Shown here: positions 1-9,363 of the stretch, in pieces
How positions within the stretch are numbered: position 1 is the stretch's first letter
How the letters are laid out: each line of letters opens with the position of its first letter
Source of the DNA: a virus
DNA: 64,000 bases
Virus record (IMG/VR): IMGVR_UViG_3300033148_004740
Coordinates: 32,001 to 96,000 of that record
Reading direction: 5' to 3' (one strand)
Made by a program: the position numbers and the translations under genes
Notes under the pieces: model-generated
What the model saw: only the letters and a program-made list of their open reading frames with translations
What the model was told of the DNA's origin: nothing
Database searches by the model: none

Positions 1-260
1 GAAGATCTGACGAAGTAGCGGTCATTGAGCTCTGTGTGGGCAGAACTGTTCGACATATGGATAGAGAGCTCTGGGCCGATGTTGATGTCCTCGAGCTCGT
101 TGATCTGTCTAGTGAGAGTAGAGAGTTGAGGGGAGATCACGGCGAGCAGAGCCTTGAGTTGTCTCTGGCTCGCTCCGTTGTTAACGGCCGTCTGGACAGA
201 GTTCAGCGTAGCTTCAAGAGCTTCAATTCTGTTCAGTAGTTGATCGTTAGTAAGAGCCAA
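1..260 (-). CDS. Tail-fibre-like protein, N-terminal 86 aa only (runs off window); paralog of 272..4531
   Basis: Not in ORF track. TTG start at 260 after GGAGGG RBS. Manual translation MALTNDQLLNRIEELEATLNSVQTAVNNGASQRQLKALLAVISPQL...HTELNDRYF matches the N-terminus of the 1419-aa protein. Confidence 0.8.
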   Translation of the reverse strand, partial: MALTNDQLLNRIEALEATLNSVQTAVNNGASQRQLKALLAVISPQLSTLTRQINELEDINIGPELSIHMSNSSAHTELNDRYFVRS

Positions 261-271
261 CTCTCCCTCCG

Positions 272-3200
272 TTAGTTAAAGTGTAATACTACCTTTGCTA
301 GTACGTTTGTTCCTGAACCTACTGACTCTGCACAGTGCCCTATTTCCTGCCAGTGTGATGGATCAGCTCCAGGAGGAGAAGTTGTTGTGGCATCAGCCCG
401 GCCTGGAGTAGTAGAACCTGTTCTTACCCAGTATCCCCTAGTCGCCGCAGTACTATTCTCTATCAGGACCTCTGCAATACCATTTACTATTACCCATACC
501 TCTGCCCCATCTGCAATGCCATCTTCATAGATAACACCAACAGGATCATCACAATCTATGCTGGTCACATCTACAGCATTATCTACTGAAGCAGACATTT
601 CTACAACCGTCCCCTTTACAGAGCTAGCTCCAGTCTTATTAGTTAGACGGACAGCAATACCTCCCTCAGGAGTTAGTTGTACTTTAGGTGCCTTCAGATA
701 ACCTGTTGTCTCGATACCTTCTGCGTCATTAGTAGTATCAATAGAGAGGATGCCTTCTTTATCAGTAGAATCAAAGGAGAGGCCAGAAGCTTCATTGTCT
801 GCAAGGTCCCAATCCATCGCAGCAAAGTTGAAGAAGTCACCAGCGTAGTTGTAGAATGCGTAATTACCCTCAGAGCTTCCAGTAGCATACGCCAACAAAC
901 CTATGTTCTCTCCTGTCGCCCTTACCTCAGAACTTATACCAGCAACTCCGATAAGCCACCCTGTTCCCGTAGAACCAACAGCCTCTCCGTACACACCGTA
1001 ACCCTGAGAACCAGCCCCTGAGACCTTAGCGATGCCGGATACGCCTCGTGCATCTCTCGTACCAGTGTCAGTTTCAGCCTCCGCCACAAGACCAACATAC
1101 GAAACTGCGAAATCCATCCCTGTGTCATCGCGACTCACAATCATCCGAGCATTTGGAAAATCAGCAGAATCCGCAGTATTACCAATACGCACTTGCTCAG
1201 CGTCGTCAGTCGTATCGAGAACCAAAAGTCCTCTATGGTCGGTCGAGTTGAAGGACAATCCACTGGCAGTATTATCAGCTAAGAGCCAGTCGGCGGCGGC
1301 ATTAGTACAAATATCACCACCATTAATCCATAGAGCATAGTTTTCGTCACCATTAGTCGCCCAAAGATAAGAGGCAATATTTCGGCCACCAATATGGCCA
1401 TTAGTCGCATGTGCACGGATACCTATAGCATCTCCAGTATCGCCTGTTACTGGTACGCGCCCCATCCCAAAAACGACATTGGCCTGGGTTGAACCATCAA
1501 CAGAGCTAACCCCAAATACTGCAGTTCCCCCTGAGTTCTCTGACGCAACAGAAAAGTTACCGTCAAATATTCCGCCAGTGTGGGCTTTAGAAACAAGCAT
1601 CCGAGCATTGGGGAAGTCAGCAGAGTCGGCCGTATCTCCAATGCGTATTTGCTCTGCGTCAGTTGTTGTATCAAGGACCAGAAGACCTTCGTGGTCAGCC
1701 GAGTTAAAGGAAAGGCCACTAGCTACATTATCGGCTAGTATCCAGTCATGAGCCGCGACGGAAAGAAAATCTCCACCTAGATTATAGAAAGCATAGTCAG
1801 CACTGCCATTAGATGCATTAGCAAGTATGGCGATATTTAGGCCAGCAGAATGTGAATCCAACGACTGTGCGCTGATACCAATCGCAGCACCTGTTACGCT
1901 CGGGGCCGACACCTTGGCAATGCTGTTGATACCTGTCGCCTGGGTCGCGGTCGTCGCCCTGGCAATAAATAACCCGCCGAGTGCGGCCGCCGACGCATCA
2001 GCTTCCGCCTCACCTACGATGCCGGCATAACCGGAGGATGAGCCACCAGTGTCAGCCTGACTTACAATTAGCTGAGCCCCAGGAAAATCAGCGTTGTCTG
2101 CGGTGTTGCCTACTCGAACCTGCTCTACTCCGCTTGTTGTGTCTAGAACAAGAAGGTTTGGATAAACATCAATATCTGTACCAAAATCACGACTATTAAA
2201 TGTTAGTGATTCTGATTGGCCATAGCGTATAGCAAAGATTTTTGAGCCGGCGTGCTCGTATGCCCCTATGTCACCTCGGGCCAAAAATATAGAATAGTTA
2301 GCTATAGAGCTATTGTCTGCAAAAAAGTACCCCCCTATATTTCGACCACCAGCATGATCCTCTACAGCATAACAGCCAATGCCATGTGCCCAACCAGAAC
2401 TATCAGTGTCGGATACGCCTCCAATAAACCAACCTCCGTAAGCAGAATTATTTCCAGCAACGGAACCATGGCCCCCAACGCCGCACCCGTATAAAAACTC
2501 AGTATCGTCAGATTTTGCCTCTCCTACAATTCCAAAACGTGCATATTCATTGGGGTCAGCACCTGGGCCAGAATGGCTAAAGATAGCCCTTGCATAGGGA
2601 AAATCAGCTGACCTTGCCGTATTCCCGACTCTCATCTGCTCCAACCCATCTGTAGTGTCCAATACCAGCAATCCTCGATGATCTGGAGAATTAAAGGAAA
2701 GTCCACTAGCTACATTGTCGGCTAGTATCCAGTCCATCGCAGAGAAGTTATAGAAATCACCACCATCAATCTGTAAAGCATAGTTCTCCGATGCGCCACT
2801 AGCAAAAGCATATAGAGCCACATTGCGACCAACATGAGATCCCATAGCAAGACCCTGCAAGCCAATGGCAAATCTATTTGAGGTAGTATTCTCACCAGCC
2901 CATCCCCATCCTGATATCCCAATTCCATCGCAGTCGTCGGACAAAACACCTATAGACATTAGCCCTACACCAGATCGGACATCATCTGCTACAGCCTCTG
3001 TGACTAAACCAAGATTAGAGAAAGTATAGAAAAAGCCAGTATCCTCTTTACTCAAGATACATTGAGCATATGGAAAATCTGCAGAGTCAGCTGTCTCGCC
3101 AATTCTTACCTGCTCAGCATCGTCTGTTGTGTCGAGAACGAGTAGTCCTCTGTGGTCGGTCGAGTTAAAGGAAAGGCCGGAGGCAGTATCATCTGCTAGG

Positions 3201-4531
3201 TTCCAATCAAGACCAGTATATTCTGAATAAATGTCTCCCCCGGTGATAAATATTGCTGCATTGAACGTTTCAGAGCCTGCAGCATATACCTCAAGAGCTA
3301 CATTGGGTCCACTAATATGAGGTTGATATGAATAAAATGTTGCACCTATGGCGCCGCCAACATCAGTAGTATCTGAGACTGTACCTTCAGCGTATATCCC
3401 ATATCCAGAATACTCTCCGAGCGATCTTGAAACAGCAACAAGACCCGCAGCATAGTTGCTCCCGATGACAGGAGCCTCAGTATATATCCCAACATTTTGG
3501 TCAAACGGATCTACATATCCTGTCTCAGAATGACTTACAATCATTCTGGCACCAGGAAAATCTGCAGAGTCAGCAGTATCACCAATGCGAACTTGTTCTA
3601 GATCGTCTGTCGTGTCGAGGACTAGTAGACCTCTGTGGTCGGTCGAGTTAAAGGACAATCCAGAAGCAGTGTCGTCAGCGAGAACCCAATTTTGAGCAGC
3701 GACACTCCATATGTCTCCAAACATAGCAAGGGCATAGTTGGATGTTCCGTTCATAGCCTGACCAATTAGACCAACATTCATTGCATTACGAGGCTGAAGC
3801 GCATAACCTCCTACACCTAAACCCCAACCTAAATCCTCTGCGCCAGAAGATAATGCCAAACCGGTTATTCCAACAGAATTTTTGCTACCAAAACTTTTTG
3901 CGACACCGACTGTCCCTATAGCGCCAAGAGACTCATTGGCCACAGCTTCTGATACCAAACCTATAATGCCAGTCTCCGCAGTATAACCCGTATCACCTTG
4001 GCTAATAACAACTTGAGTATACGGAGAATCTACACTGCTAGCAGCAGATCCCACAAGAACCTTACCCTCAACATCTAGTCCACTAGCAACATTAACCTGA
4101 GCAGCAATAGCTAGGGGGTCATCTGCCTTGAGATAGTAACGAGAGTCTAGTTCGTCGTGTGCAAAGGCGTCATCCTTGTGAGCCTGAAGAGCTCCACCTG
4201 AGCCAGTGAGCTCAAGCTGAGTGATCTCTTCGCTAAGAGAGTTGATCTGTGGCTGAAGGACAGCAAGAAGAGCCTTGAGTTGGCGCTGAGAAGCATTGTT
4301 ATTCAGCGCGAGCTGTACTTCGTTGACGGTGGTCTCGAGATCTGTAATCCTCTGAGTAGAGGGAGCTGGACCAACACCATCTTCTTGAATCTGTGTAAGC
4401 TGAGTAGAGAGAATAGAGAGAGCGGCTTTGAGCTCTCGCTTGCTTGCAGAATTGTTGATTGCCGTCTGAAGAGTATTCAGGGTAGTTTCGATGTCTTCGA
4501 TACGTCTGATTTCGGGATCTGTGAGTGCCAT
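272..4531 (-). CDS. Long repeat-containing tail fibre / virion appendage protein (1419 aa)
   Basis: N-terminal coiled-coil module, seven ~155-165-aa G/A/S-rich beta-type repeats, small beta-rich C-terminal domain; lies at the distal end of the tail module. Confidence 0.6.
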   Translation of the reverse strand: MALTDPEIRRIEDIETTLNTLQTAINNSASKRELKAALSILSTQLTQIQEDGVGPAPSTQRITDLETTVNEVQLALNNNASQRQLKALLAVLQPQINSLSEEITQLELTGSGGALQAHKDDAFAHDELDSRYYLKADDPLAIAAQVNVASGLDVEGKVLVGSAASSVDSPYTQVVISQGDTGYTAETGIIGLVSEAVANESLGAIGTVGVAKSFGSKNSVGITGLALSSGAEDLGWGLGVGGYALQPRNAMNVGLIGQAMNGTSNYALAMFGDIWSVAAQNWVLADDTASGLSFNSTDHRGLLVLDTTDDLEQVRIGDTADSADFPGARMIVSHSETGYVDPFDQNVGIYTEAPVIGSNYAAGLVAVSRSLGEYSGYGIYAEGTVSDTTDVGGAIGATFYSYQPHISGPNVALEVYAAGSETFNAAIFITGGDIYSEYTGLDWNLADDTASGLSFNSTDHRGLLVLDTTDDAEQVRIGETADSADFPYAQCILSKEDTGFFYTFSNLGLVTEAVADDVRSGVGLMSIGVLSDDCDGIGISGWGWAGENTTSNRFAIGLQGLAMGSHVGRNVALYAFASGASENYALQIDGGDFYNFSAMDWILADNVASGLSFNSPDHRGLLVLDTTDGLEQMRVGNTARSADFPYARAIFSHSGPGADPNEYARFGIVGEAKSDDTEFLYGCGVGGHGSVAGNNSAYGGWFIGGVSDTDSSGWAHGIGCYAVEDHAGGRNIGGYFFADNSSIANYSIFLARGDIGAYEHAGSKIFAIRYGQSESLTFNSRDFGTDIDVYPNLLVLDTTSGVEQVRVGNTADNADFPGAQLIVSQADTGGSSSGYAGIVGEAEADASAAALGGLFIARATTATQATGINSIAKVSAPSVTGAAIGISAQSLDSHSAGLNIAILANASNGSADYAFYNLGGDFLSVAAHDWILADNVASGLSFNSADHEGLLVLDTTTDAEQIRIGDTADSADFPNARMLVSKAHTGGIFDGNFSVASENSGGTAVFGVSSVDGSTQANVVFGMGRVPVTGDTGDAIGIRAHATNGHIGGRNIASYLWATNGDENYALWINGGDICTNAAADWLLADNTASGLSFNSTDHRGLLVLDTTDDAEQVRIGNTADSADFPNARMIVSRDDTGMDFAVSYVGLVAEAETDTGTRDARGVSGIAKVSGAGSQGYGVYGEAVGSTGTGWLIGVAGISSEVRATGENIGLLAYATGSSEGNYAFYNYAGDFFNFAAMDWDLADNEASGLSFDSTDKEGILSIDTTNDAEGIETTGYLKAPKVQLTPEGGIAVRLTNKTGASSVKGTVVEMSASVDNAVDVTSIDCDDPVGVIYEDGIADGAEVWVIVNGIAEVLIENSTAATRGYWVRTGSTTPGRADATTTSPPGADPSHWQEIGHCAESVGSGTNVLAKVVLHFN
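700..3690 (-). repeat. Seven intragenic repeats with conserved core WxLADxxASGLSFNSxDHxGLLVLDTTDxxEQxRIGxTADSADFP
   Basis: Core Trp codons at about 3688, 3205, 2731, 1744, 1288 and 811, plus a diverged copy near 2230; spacing 456-483 nt per unit where both Trp anchors are present. Confidence 0.9.
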
Positions 4532-4831
4532 TTATGGAACTCCTGGTGTGTAACCGGTCTCCGCTGGGCCGGGACCCTTTTGGGTAGAGTCTTCCTCTCT
4601 GTCCTCCTTTCTCCTATCCTGAACTATCTTTATAGCAGGACGGGTATAGGCCATGTGGGTTCCGATGTTTCCACCACAGTAGACTGCATAGGTAGCAGTT
4701 AGGCCACCTAAAAAAGTAGCGAAGTAGGGACCAACATGTGGAAGAACCATGACAGCAATAAATCCAGCAATGGCTGCCATAATCAGGTACAGTCCCATCT
4801 TGAATTTACGACCATTGCGTGACTCTGCCAT
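4532..4831 (-). CDS. Small two-TM membrane protein, holin-like
   Basis: Two hydrophobic segments (LYLIMAAIAGFIAVMVL; FATFLGGLTATYAVY) and a charged C-terminal tail. Confidence 0.45.
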   Translation of the reverse strand: MAESRNGRKFKMGLYLIMAAIAGFIAVMVLPHVGPYFATFLGGLTATYAVYCGGNIGTHMAYTRPAIKIVQDRRKEDREEDSTQKGPGPAETGYTPGVP

Positions 4832-5145
4832 TAGCGACGCCTCCCTCGATTTTCCAGAACTGTTTTCACGTCCTTCTTGATCTCTGTGACATCTTCTTTG
4901 ATACCCTTGATAAGCTCATCGTCACGAGCCTGGCTAACAGTAAGCTTAGAGACTGTCTCCTCTAGCTTAGAGACTCGGTTCTCGAGGTAACTTGTGCCAG
5001 CGGTCATCATGCCCCACTGAACAGCAAGCCCAGCTATGATAATGAGAACGGTAGTAAGTGGACCAACATACCACTTCTCAGATCTTTTTCCATTCTTTTC
5101 AAGGCGTTCTAGTCGTAGATCGGTAGAGGTAGGGTTTTCAGACAT
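4831..5145 (-). CDS. Single-TM plus coiled-coil membrane protein (XhlA/holin-like), 104 aa
   Basis: Start re-called at ATG 5145 behind GAGGAG (track start 5271 overlaps the upstream gene); one TM (LTTVLIIIAGLAVQW) followed by a heptad-rich tail. Confidence 0.5.
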   Translation of the reverse strand: MSENPTSTDLRLERLEKNGKRSEKWYVGPLTTVLIIIAGLAVQWGMMTAGTSYLENRVSKLEETVSKLTVSQARDDELIKGIKEDVTEIKKDVKTVLENRGRRR

Positions 5146-5200
5146 GAGACCACTCCTCTGGAGAGTATAGCATGTAGAGAAGTGGGGACAATAGTGGGGA

Positions 5201-6016
5201 TTAGGCCTCTTCTGGGTGATACACCTGGAAATAGAGCTTGTACATCTCACGGTGCTCAGAGGCTCCGTCAAACCCGTCTATGTCCTTGTATTTATGCATC
5301 CATTCCTTGACCCGCTCGTCAATGTTTCCTCGGATCAAATAGCTGTCAAACTGATGCCAGGTATGGATACCTAGACTAGCAGAGATGTCTCGGAGGTTGA
5401 TCCACCTCTCATTCTTCTTCCCTAGATTGGGACCACCACCACCACAGAATAGGTTTCGAGCTCCACGGTGCCAGATCACATTCTCCTGCTTGATGTGCTC
5501 ATAGACCAGCTTAGTGTCCATAATCTGGTGAGGATGGTTCTTCAGATGCTCATGTGGATTACCAGCATAAACAGTATCGGCGTAGCGCTTGAAGAGCAGA
5601 CGCTTGTGATACTTATCAAGGTTCTCCCAGACGCGCTCTGGTCCCTTGTAGGAGACTGAGCGACACTGGAACCCAATCATATCCTTCCCACGTCCCTCAG
5701 CTAAATCTACGAGGTCTGAAAGCCTTTTCATAGTCTTCTCTTCGAAGAGCTCATCTGGATCAGAGACCAGGGCCCAGCTGTCAGCCGGGACATGCTTGAG
5801 GTAGTTGTTCCTCTGCTGAGAGAAGTTGTCGTTCCAAGGACGGAGGAAGAACTTGAGCTTTGGCTCTTTTTCCTCCCAGTTTCTCATATAGAAGATAGTA
5901 TCATCTACTGAGCCACCATCTACAATAACTGCCTTGTCTACATAAGGGAGATATCGGCGCAAGCAGCGGACTGTCTCTGACAGTCTATTCTGTGTCATAG
6001 AACAGTAAGTAATCAT
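5201..6016 (-). CDS. Glycosyltransferase, GT2-like (GT-A fold)
   Basis: IVDGGSVDDT nucleotide-binding motif, NFSQQRN, SDPDE (DxD), PHE motif. Confidence 0.8.
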   Translation of the reverse strand: MITYCSMTQNRLSETVRCLRRYLPYVDKAVIVDGGSVDDTIFYMRNWEEKEPKLKFFLRPWNDNFSQQRNNYLKHVPADSWALVSDPDELFEEKTMKRLSDLVDLAEGRGKDMIGFQCRSVSYKGPERVWENLDKYHKRLLFKRYADTVYAGNPHEHLKNHPHQIMDTKLVYEHIKQENVIWHRGARNLFCGGGGPNLGKKNERWINLRDISASLGIHTWHQFDSYLIRGNIDERVKEWMHKYKDIDGFDGASEHREMYKLYFQVYHPEEA

Positions 6017-6017
6017 C

Positions 6018-6752
6018 TTATAGCCTTTCTGGTTTTCGTGCCTTTGCTACTACGTATCCCTGTTTCCTCTGACCCTTCCAAAAACAGTCGGGAGGGATAC
6101 GTTTCCCATCAGAGTAGAATAGATCTACTGCATAGAAGCCTGCTTTGATTAGCAGGCCGTAAGCTTGTCCCGGAGTATAGCAAACTAAGTGCTTCTGGTC
6201 GGTGCCATGGGCACAGTGGGAAGAAGCGGCGGGCCATTCAAGTGTGATAAATCCACCTGGCACGAGGAGCCTGAACTGTTCCTTGAGAAGGAGGATAGGT
6301 GCGATTGCATGCTCTAGTATCTGACAGCCTAATACCATGCGGACTGATTCATCAGGGAAGGGGATAGCCTCGCAGCAGCCTTCCTTGATATAGTCTCCAA
6401 GACCAAGGATGTCTCGAGCAAAATGAATATTCAGATTACCAATGGTTATTCCATAAGCTTCTAGCCCATGAGCTCGCGACACTAGCATCTCTCTGCCACT
6501 CCCCGCTCCCAGATGGAGAATTCTGTCTCCCTTTTCAAGATGCTTAATGTACCCATAGACGCGCTTCCATGAAGCAGAGTCATCTACTACCTCTAGGTCC
6601 TGGGTCTTCAGCTGGTTATGGAACTGCTCTCCTAGCGACAGAATCTGTATGGTTCCTAGACCAAAGGGCTCATGTTTCCGCTTCTGAGACTTGAACTTCT
6701 TGAGCTGAGCAAGTCTTTCTTTCTCGGTAATGCTATATGTTCCAGTACTCAT
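6018..6752 (-). CDS. Class I SAM-dependent methyltransferase
   Basis: ILHLGAGSG motif I; CEAIPFPDES, QILEH and LLVPGG downstream motifs. Confidence 0.85.
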   Translation of the reverse strand: MSTGTYSITEKERLAQLKKFKSQKRKHEPFGLGTIQILSLGEQFHNQLKTQDLEVVDDSASWKRVYGYIKHLEKGDRILHLGAGSGREMLVSRAHGLEAYGITIGNLNIHFARDILGLGDYIKEGCCEAIPFPDESVRMVLGCQILEHAIAPILLLKEQFRLLVPGGFITLEWPAASSHCAHGTDQKHLVCYTPGQAYGLLIKAGFYAVDLFYSDGKRIPPDCFWKGQRKQGYVVAKARKPERL

Positions 6753-7548
6753 CCGGGACCTCCGTTACCCTTTCATCTTGATAATGGACTATCTTTACAC
6801 TAGGTGAGAGTTTCTTCTTATGGAGAGTATAGAAGTATTGAAGATCCTCAGGAACAGCCCAGTGCTTGTACTGTGACATAGCTAGACTGAGGCTAGTCTG
6901 AGTGAATGACTGGACAAAATCCTCTCCTAGAGATAGGACCTTTTCTGCCATCTCATACCACTTCTCCGGGAAGCCGAGACCTGTCTTGTAGATAACCAGT
7001 CCAGAACAGAAGTAGAAGTTGGCAAGCTTCTTATCTATGTGGGACAGGACCCTCTCTTTAGGAGGGTCGATCCCAGCTACCTCGTACATCTTCTGCCATA
7101 GGTGGTTGTCCTCTGGTCTAGCCCACTTGTGGGTACTCCAGGTCGAGGGAGAGGCACCGACCTCTGCTCCTTCAACGCCTTCGATCAACTGCTCTAGTGC
7201 CCCCTTGTACATGTACATGTCAGTGTCCATCCACATAGCATATGGGGTGGAGACAGATTTTGTTAGAGCGCAGGATAGAATCTTTTGGAAGAGTGGAGGG
7301 TGACTTTTCTCGGGGTAGATTGGCCGTCGCTGACAGCCCAAATCCTTTAGTTGTTTTTCGTGCTCGGGGTAAGGGGGGAAGTCAGACCTGAAGAATGTGA
7401 GGATAGGAAGATCCGCGTGCTCCCCACCATTCATTCTGATTGAACGGACCAGGCGCACAGCTAACTCGCTGTATCTCTTGAACCGATGAGAACCAATCTT
7501 CCCTATCTGGCGTCCGTCACAGGACGTGATGATTGTGAGCTTGTCCAT
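6733..7548 (-). CDS. Glycosyltransferase-like, GT8-type GT-A fold
   Basis: WMDTDMY (DxD), YFCSGLVIY, Q-SLS and terminal IVHYQ motifs resemble GT8-like enzymes. Confidence 0.6.
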   Translation of the reverse strand: MDKLTIITSCDGRQIGKIGSHRFKRYSELAVRLVRSIRMNGGEHADLPILTFFRSDFPPYPEHEKQLKDLGCQRRPIYPEKSHPPLFQKILSCALTKSVSTPYAMWMDTDMYMYKGALEQLIEGVEGAEVGASPSTWSTHKWARPEDNHLWQKMYEVAGIDPPKERVLSHIDKKLANFYFCSGLVIYKTGLGFPEKWYEMAEKVLSLGEDFVQSFTQTSLSLAMSQYKHWAVPEDLQYFYTLHKKKLSPSVKIVHYQDERVTEVPDEYWNI

Positions 7549-8153
7549 TACATCACCACCTGGTAGAGATACTCACTAGGCTTCTTGAATTTGATCATCT
7601 TCAAACCAAACTGTTTCATAAAGTACCCCCATCCTGAACGTGTAAAACTATACTTGTCATGCATCTGCTCTTTGAACTCAGGGGCATCAGGAAACGTTAA
7701 TTTGTAGTTGTCTTTTCTAAACGTGTTTTCGCTACACATAAAGTAACCACCTGGTTTGAGTATGCGAACAATCTCTCGAAGCACAACCGCCTTGTCAACA
7801 TGGTTATTGTGCTGAAGAACAGCAGCAGTAAAGACTAGGTCAATACTGTCCTTTGCCAGATGAAGACTGTTCCAAAGAGTCCTTTGGAAACGACAGCGAG
7901 CTGACTCTCCACGTTCTTTTGCTTGCTTTACCATGTCGTCGTTTTGATCAAGACCGAGGTAATCATACTCTTTGAAAAGATCTCTCCAGAGCCCGCTACC
8001 ACAGCCAAAATCAACAACCTTCTCTATCTCCTTAAGGCCACGAACCCACTCTCTAAGCACATAGTCATCATTGAAATTATGTAGCTTAAGATTGTCTTGA
8101 GCCTGTTCGTCCGCATGTCTAGACCAAACATCGATATCACGGCCATCTGCCAT
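7548..8153 (-). CDS. Class I SAM-dependent methyltransferase
   Basis: VVDFGCGSG, GLDQN, VLQH and ILKPGG motifs. Confidence 0.9.
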   Translation of the reverse strand: MADGRDIDVWSRHADEQAQDNLKLHNFNDDYVLREWVRGLKEIEKVVDFGCGSGLWRDLFKEYDYLGLDQNDDMVKQAKERGESARCRFQRTLWNSLHLAKDSIDLVFTAAVLQHNNHVDKAVVLREIVRILKPGGYFMCSENTFRKDNYKLTFPDAPEFKEQMHDKYSFTRSGWGYFMKQFGLKMIKFKKPSEYLYQVVM

Positions 8154-8156
8154 ACC

Positions 8157-8744
8157 TTATCCTCCCCATTCAAATAGAGTTTTTCTAAAGTTCCAAAAGT
8201 TCCACGAGGTGTTAAGGGTAAAGAGGTCTCTTATAATGATACCGTTAAGCTTTGCATAGGCAGCTCGATGTTCTTCAGCAGTTTTGAAATGCCCCTCTGC
8301 CACAAAAGAGACTGGGGCCATCTTTATTCCAGCTGATTTCCAGACCGCTAGGCGATGCCTTCCCTCGTTAATCCTATTCAGCTCTCCTTCGACCCTGGGT
8401 CTGTTCTCTCGGATGATCCTGGGTAGCCAATTTTCTGGGCGGAGCATTTGCTCCAAGTGCCTTGAAGATAATCTATCGGACAAGACAGTGAAAGAGGTGG
8501 TTATTGGCGAGAGATATCCCCAGTTCTTAATAGAGTGGACCAGGTTATAGAAGTTCTCTTTACGTGACTTCGTGTTCTTCTTGTCCCCATAAAGAAAAAT
8601 CGCTTGCTTGAGCATACCCTCCTCATCCTCTGCTAGAGCAAGCTCAACAAAGTCCGTTAGACCTTTCATCTTCCCTGGCCAGTCAATGATTACAGAATCG
8701 ATATCGACGAAGCCAAGGTTAACAAACTCTGGGGCATGAAACAT
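8157..8744 (-). CDS. ParB/Srx-like domain protein
   Basis: LVHSIKNWGYLSPI ... INEGRHRLAVW ... GIKMAPV matches the ParB N-terminal signature. Confidence 0.6.
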   Translation of the reverse strand: MFHAPEFVNLGFVDIDSVIIDWPGKMKGLTDFVELALAEDEEGMLKQAIFLYGDKKNTKSRKENFYNLVHSIKNWGYLSPITTSFTVLSDRLSSRHLEQMLRPENWLPRIIRENRPRVEGELNRINEGRHRLAVWKSAGIKMAPVSFVAEGHFKTAEEHRAAYAKLNGIIIRDLFTLNTSWNFWNFRKTLFEWGG

Positions 8745-9361
8745 TACTCTCTCCTAAACAGGAAGTGTCCGTGACCTGCTTCATGTAAGCAAGTAAAGCC
8801 ATGTCTCTTGAGCTTACTCTTCCAGCCAGCGGCCGTATAGGAACACTTGTTAATAGAGTGAGTCGCACTTAGGTCTGAGTAACCGATGTTGTTATGCTCA
8901 TAGATAGTATTCTCTTTCATGTAGAACAATGCCCCTGGTTTGAGGAGGAACTTAACCCCAGCAAGGATAGCTTCCTGTTGGTCAACATGGTTATATTGAA
9001 GCACATGGAATGTCAGAGCAAGGTCAAAGCTCGATTCCAGATCAGGAAGAGACTTGTCTAGCTCCTGAGCATCAGCGAGGCGTAGGTCTAGATGAGGAAA
9101 GACCTTCTTGCCATTCTCTACCATAACCTTTTCTCTATCTATGCCCACATAGTCAGAGTTAGGGAAGTACTTATGTCTACGACCAATCCCACTTCCAACA
9201 TCAACAACCCTCTTAACGTCCTTGAGGTCTACGTGCTCTAGTAGAGCCAGAGCTCCATCTTCTCCTTCTAGGTCCTTAGTCTTAAGCATCCGTTCCATTC
9301 GGTCGGTACCCCAATAATTAGCTCCGGTTCTTTCTTCCCATCCTAGAATTATTTTCTTCAT
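8744..9361 (-). CDS. Class I SAM-dependent methyltransferase
   Basis: VVDVGSGIG, GIDRE, VLQY and LLKPGA motifs; start re-called at ATG 9361 (track 9400) to avoid overlap with the upstream gene. Confidence 0.85.
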   Translation of the reverse strand: MKKIILGWEERTGANYWGTDRMERMLKTKDLEGEDGALALLEHVDLKDVKRVVDVGSGIGRRHKYFPNSDYVGIDREKVMVENGKKVFPHLDLRLADAQELDKSLPDLESSFDLALTFHVLQYNHVDQQEAILAGVKFLLKPGALFYMKENTIYEHNNIGYSDLSATHSINKCSYTAAGWKSKLKRHGFTCLHEAGHGHFLFRRE

Positions 9362-9363
9362 GC

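Noticed and set aside
700-3690. Fibre repeats as a diversity-generating retroelement TR/VR pair or a CRISPR array
   Set aside because: The repeats are in-frame coding units whose differences look largely synonymous rather than adenine-specific; no reverse transcriptase, spacers or cas genes are in the window.
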